64,000 nt of DNA from a virus (Duplodnaviria > Heunggongvirae > Uroviricota > Caudoviricetes). The position numbers and the translations under genes are program-made. The stretch lies in IMG/VR virus record IMGVR_UViG_3300027734_000050, positions 1-64,000 of that record, one strand, 5' to 3'. A model generated the notes under the pieces. The model worked only from the letters and a program-made list of their open reading frames with translations, was not told where the DNA came from and made no database searches. Positions 61,965-64,000 of this stretch are shown here, one piece after another (the first letter of the stretch is position 1; each line of letters starts with the position of its first letter).

Positions 61965-62748
61965 TGATATCTCCTAGATGTTTTTTGCCCATGGCATGAA
62001 AATTCATGCCCCATGCCATTCTTTTCAGTCGGCCTTGATCTTGATACTTGACTTCAAAGCGATCGTCGTCGATCTGTGTAATTTCATGTTCGGGTAATAC
62101 ACTGGCCAGCATCCAAGGTATGTTGTCTACTTTTAATGTGTGTCCGCTTACTATACCCAGGGCGATGCTGAGTGCGTAGTCATTGCGATATTGACTGCCG
62201 GTGATATGGTATAGATCTTTGTAGTGCTTCCAGTTGTTTTTTACCATGGTCATTGAATCAAAGATATATTGTGCTGTGTTACTACGACGGAACATCATCA
62301 CTGTGGCCCACCACATGGGCATCTTATGCTGCCCAAAATAATTAAGTCCTGAAAAATCCGTGATACCTGTTATGTCCCAAGCCGTTTGATGGCACATAAA
62401 TTCCTGTGGCGCGGCAAGAACCATTTTTAATTCGCTGCCGCAAACAACATAGTCAGCATCCAATAGCAGAGTCTGATCCCAAGGAGTTAAACTGTATGCG
62501 TCAGTTCGAGTGGCATTATACCAGGTTACAGTTTCTTTGTAATCATCAAAGTATCGGGTTCCTCCACTCGTAGGATCGGCTTGAATAACACGATCAAACT
62601 TGTCGAGCCGTGACTGATCAGTGCAATCTGTGATCACTGCTACTGGGATGTCAAGATGACGACGGATACGATCAGCACTCCATGCGGCCATAGCAATGTA
62701 ATCAGTGTGTTCATTGTTGAACGCAAATATCAATGCACCAGTGGTCAT
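61948..62748 (-). CDS. hypothetical protein (266 aa)
   Basis: ORF translationally coupled to its neighbours. Confidence 0.45.
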   Translation of the reverse strand: MTTGALIFAFNNEHTDYIAMAAWSADRIRRHLDIPVAVITDCTDQSRLDKFDRVIQADPTSGGTRYFDDYKETVTWYNATRTDAYSLTPWDQTLLLDADYVVCGSELKMVLAAPQEFMCHQTAWDITGITDFSGLNYFGQHKMPMWWATVMMFRRSNTAQYIFDSMTMVKNNWKHYKDLYHITGSQYRNDYALSIALGIVSGHTLKVDNIPWMLASVLPEHEITQIDDDRFEVKYQDQGRLKRMAWGMNFHAMGKKHLGDIIASAK

Positions 62749-63149
62749 CGTTGTTTGTTCAGTTGTTCGTGCTCTACATACCAGGCATTCATCTGTTCTT
62801 GCCAGTGCATCATGGCCATGCCGCGTAGTTGTTCGGGATTGACCTGCACTGGGATTTCATACAAATCCAAGATCACTGCATCGCATGGCGGCACTGTGGC
62901 CAACAATACCAAGAGTTCCGGGCCAGCACGCCACATACCTCCGGCGTGGGCAAATAGCATCTTGGCCTCGTATTTTTCTTTGAGTACACGGCGTGCAGCC
63001 ACATGGTCAAACCGTGCTCGTGCATGAGCGATCAAATTGTCAGTATTCATTTGAGTATTATAAATGAAAAAAGGGCAAAAGTCTACCTTTTGCCCTTGTG
63101 GAGTTTTGCCTATTAAGCCACCGAAGCAGCGATTGAGGGCGTGCCCCAA
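62745..63149 (-). CDS. hypothetical protein (134 aa)
   Basis: ORF downstream of the structural gene. Confidence 0.4.
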   Translation of the reverse strand: MGHALNRCFGGLIGKTPQGQKVDFCPFFIYNTQMNTDNLIAHARARFDHVAARRVLKEKYEAKMLFAHAGGMWRAGPELLVLLATVPPCDAVILDLYEIPVQVNPEQLRGMAMMHWQEQMNAWYVEHEQLNKQR

Positions 63150-64000
63150 CTATCGCTTAATCCTTGTGCCGTGGATGGTGGAAGATAGGTGACCAATGTG
63201 GTCGGTGCAGTAGCACCACCAATTGAGGTAGCAGGGCTTGATACTGCTGTTCCGCCCGAAATGTCGGCTGTGGTACCTGCACCTGAACTACCATCGCTGA
63301 CCCAGGTTGTGACCAATGTCAGCACTGTGGCCGAAGAGGCCGCAGTTGTACGGATATATTCTCCAGAATATGGAGCAGTAGCGTTGTTTAGTTGGAATAA
63401 AGTTGCAGGGGTTCCTGTTAATTGATACCACCCAGTAGTTGTGGCCAATGTGGTCTGTGTTCCACCGCCACCACCAATACGAGTGGTTCCGGTATAACTG
63501 ACGCCGGCAATGGTCTGTGCCGCGCTGTTGACTCGACCACTTATGTAAATCGATCCACATTGGCCTGCAAGAGTATTCCAATCTGGATCGGTGTCGGTTC
63601 CTGTGCTAGATTTACCATATTGCAATCTCACTAGGCCTCCGGCATTCCAAAAGTATCTGGCTTGATCGGCACTAGGGAAGGTCACAGTATGAGTGAATGT
63701 GATAGTCCATGCTGATTGCCCCGATCCGGTAGCAGTTGTTTTGCTTGTGGTACCTGAGAATGTGCCGTATTGTGTACCTGAACTTGTTGCATTACCACGA
63801 TTGACGGTGACACTGGTAATGTCGGTAGCCACATTGGCTAAGATAGCAACAACATTACCAGTGACTGGGGCGGTTCTTGCGGTTATAGTCGTGGTAGTTT
63901 GAGCTCCTGCTGTGGCAAGATTATTAACCAAGGTAGCCCAACTAGTGGCGGTCACTATTCCACCGGTGCTCACTGCACTGATTGCTGTTTGTCCCCACCC
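63113..64000 (-). CDS. Ser/Thr/Gly-rich virion structural (fiber/decoration-like) protein, N-terminus probably beyond window edge
   Basis: Composition is more than 45% T, S, G and A, with repetitive TTT/GGT runs. The ORF is open to the window end. Confidence 0.5.
   Translation of the reverse strand, partial: GWGQTAISAVSTGGIVTATSWATLVNNLATAGAQTTTTITARTAPVTGNVVAILANVATDITSVTVNRGNATSSGTQYGTFSGTTSKTTATGSGQSAWTITFTHTVTFPSADQARYFWNAGGLVRLQYGKSSTGTDTDPDWNTLAGQCGSIYISGRVNSAAQTIAGVSYTGTTRIGGGGGTQTTLATTTGWYQLTGTPATLFQLNNATAPYSGEYIRTTAASSATVLTLVTTWVSDGSSGAGTTADISGGTAVSSPATSIGGATAPTTLVTYLPPSTAQGLSDSWGTPSIAASVA

Overview
This 64 kb window is a contiguous piece of a large tailed-phage genome. It has about 45% GC, is densely coded, and carries host-type sigma70 consensus promoters and several free-standing HNH homing endonucleases.

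The window has three parts.

Part 1 (1-9.7 kb) holds early-type small genes behind repeated TTGAC-N17-TATAAT promoters. It also encodes a secreted HExxH protein, a rubrerythrin plus rubredoxin pair, and a Pnkp-like P-loop kinase next to a calcineurin-type phosphoesterase. A PP-loop ATPase and a radical-SAM gene follow.

Part 2 (9.7-21.7 kb) is a very large array of about 38-40 tRNA genes covering nearly all amino acids. The array also contains several degenerate tRNA-like elements and CCA-anchored long inverted repeats. It is interrupted by two more radical-SAM genes, an HNH endonuclease and a GT-A-like gene. It ends with what looks like a circularly permuted (two-piece) tmRNA that encodes the tag ANDEQFALAA.

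Part 3 (21.7-64 kb) begins with an SPFH protein, an HNH/NUMOD endonuclease and a PotD-like binding protein. Next come an RNA-polymerase omega (RpoZ) homolog and an 801-aa repeat-rich protein with a peptidoglycan-binding domain. These are followed by a MoxR AAA+ ATPase paired with a vWA/HExxH protein, and ThyX.

The most striking feature is a roughly 27 kb locus at 36-63 kb, mostly on the minus strand. It contains amino-sugar biosynthesis genes (epimerase, DegT aminotransferase, Gfo/Idh oxidoreductase) and a NodU/CmcH carbamoyltransferase. It also has an AMP-ligase, two SGNH hydrolases and a TctC-like binding protein. Interleaved with these are five members of a glycosyltransferase-like paralog family and six paralogous radical-SAM enzymes with an N-terminal five-cysteine domain. 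The locus ends next to a Ser/Thr/Gly-rich structural (fiber-like) protein. I interpret this as a previously undescribed phage-encoded hypermodification (glycan, peptide or nucleic-acid) system.

All calls come from reading the sequence and the ORF translations. No database searches were run.
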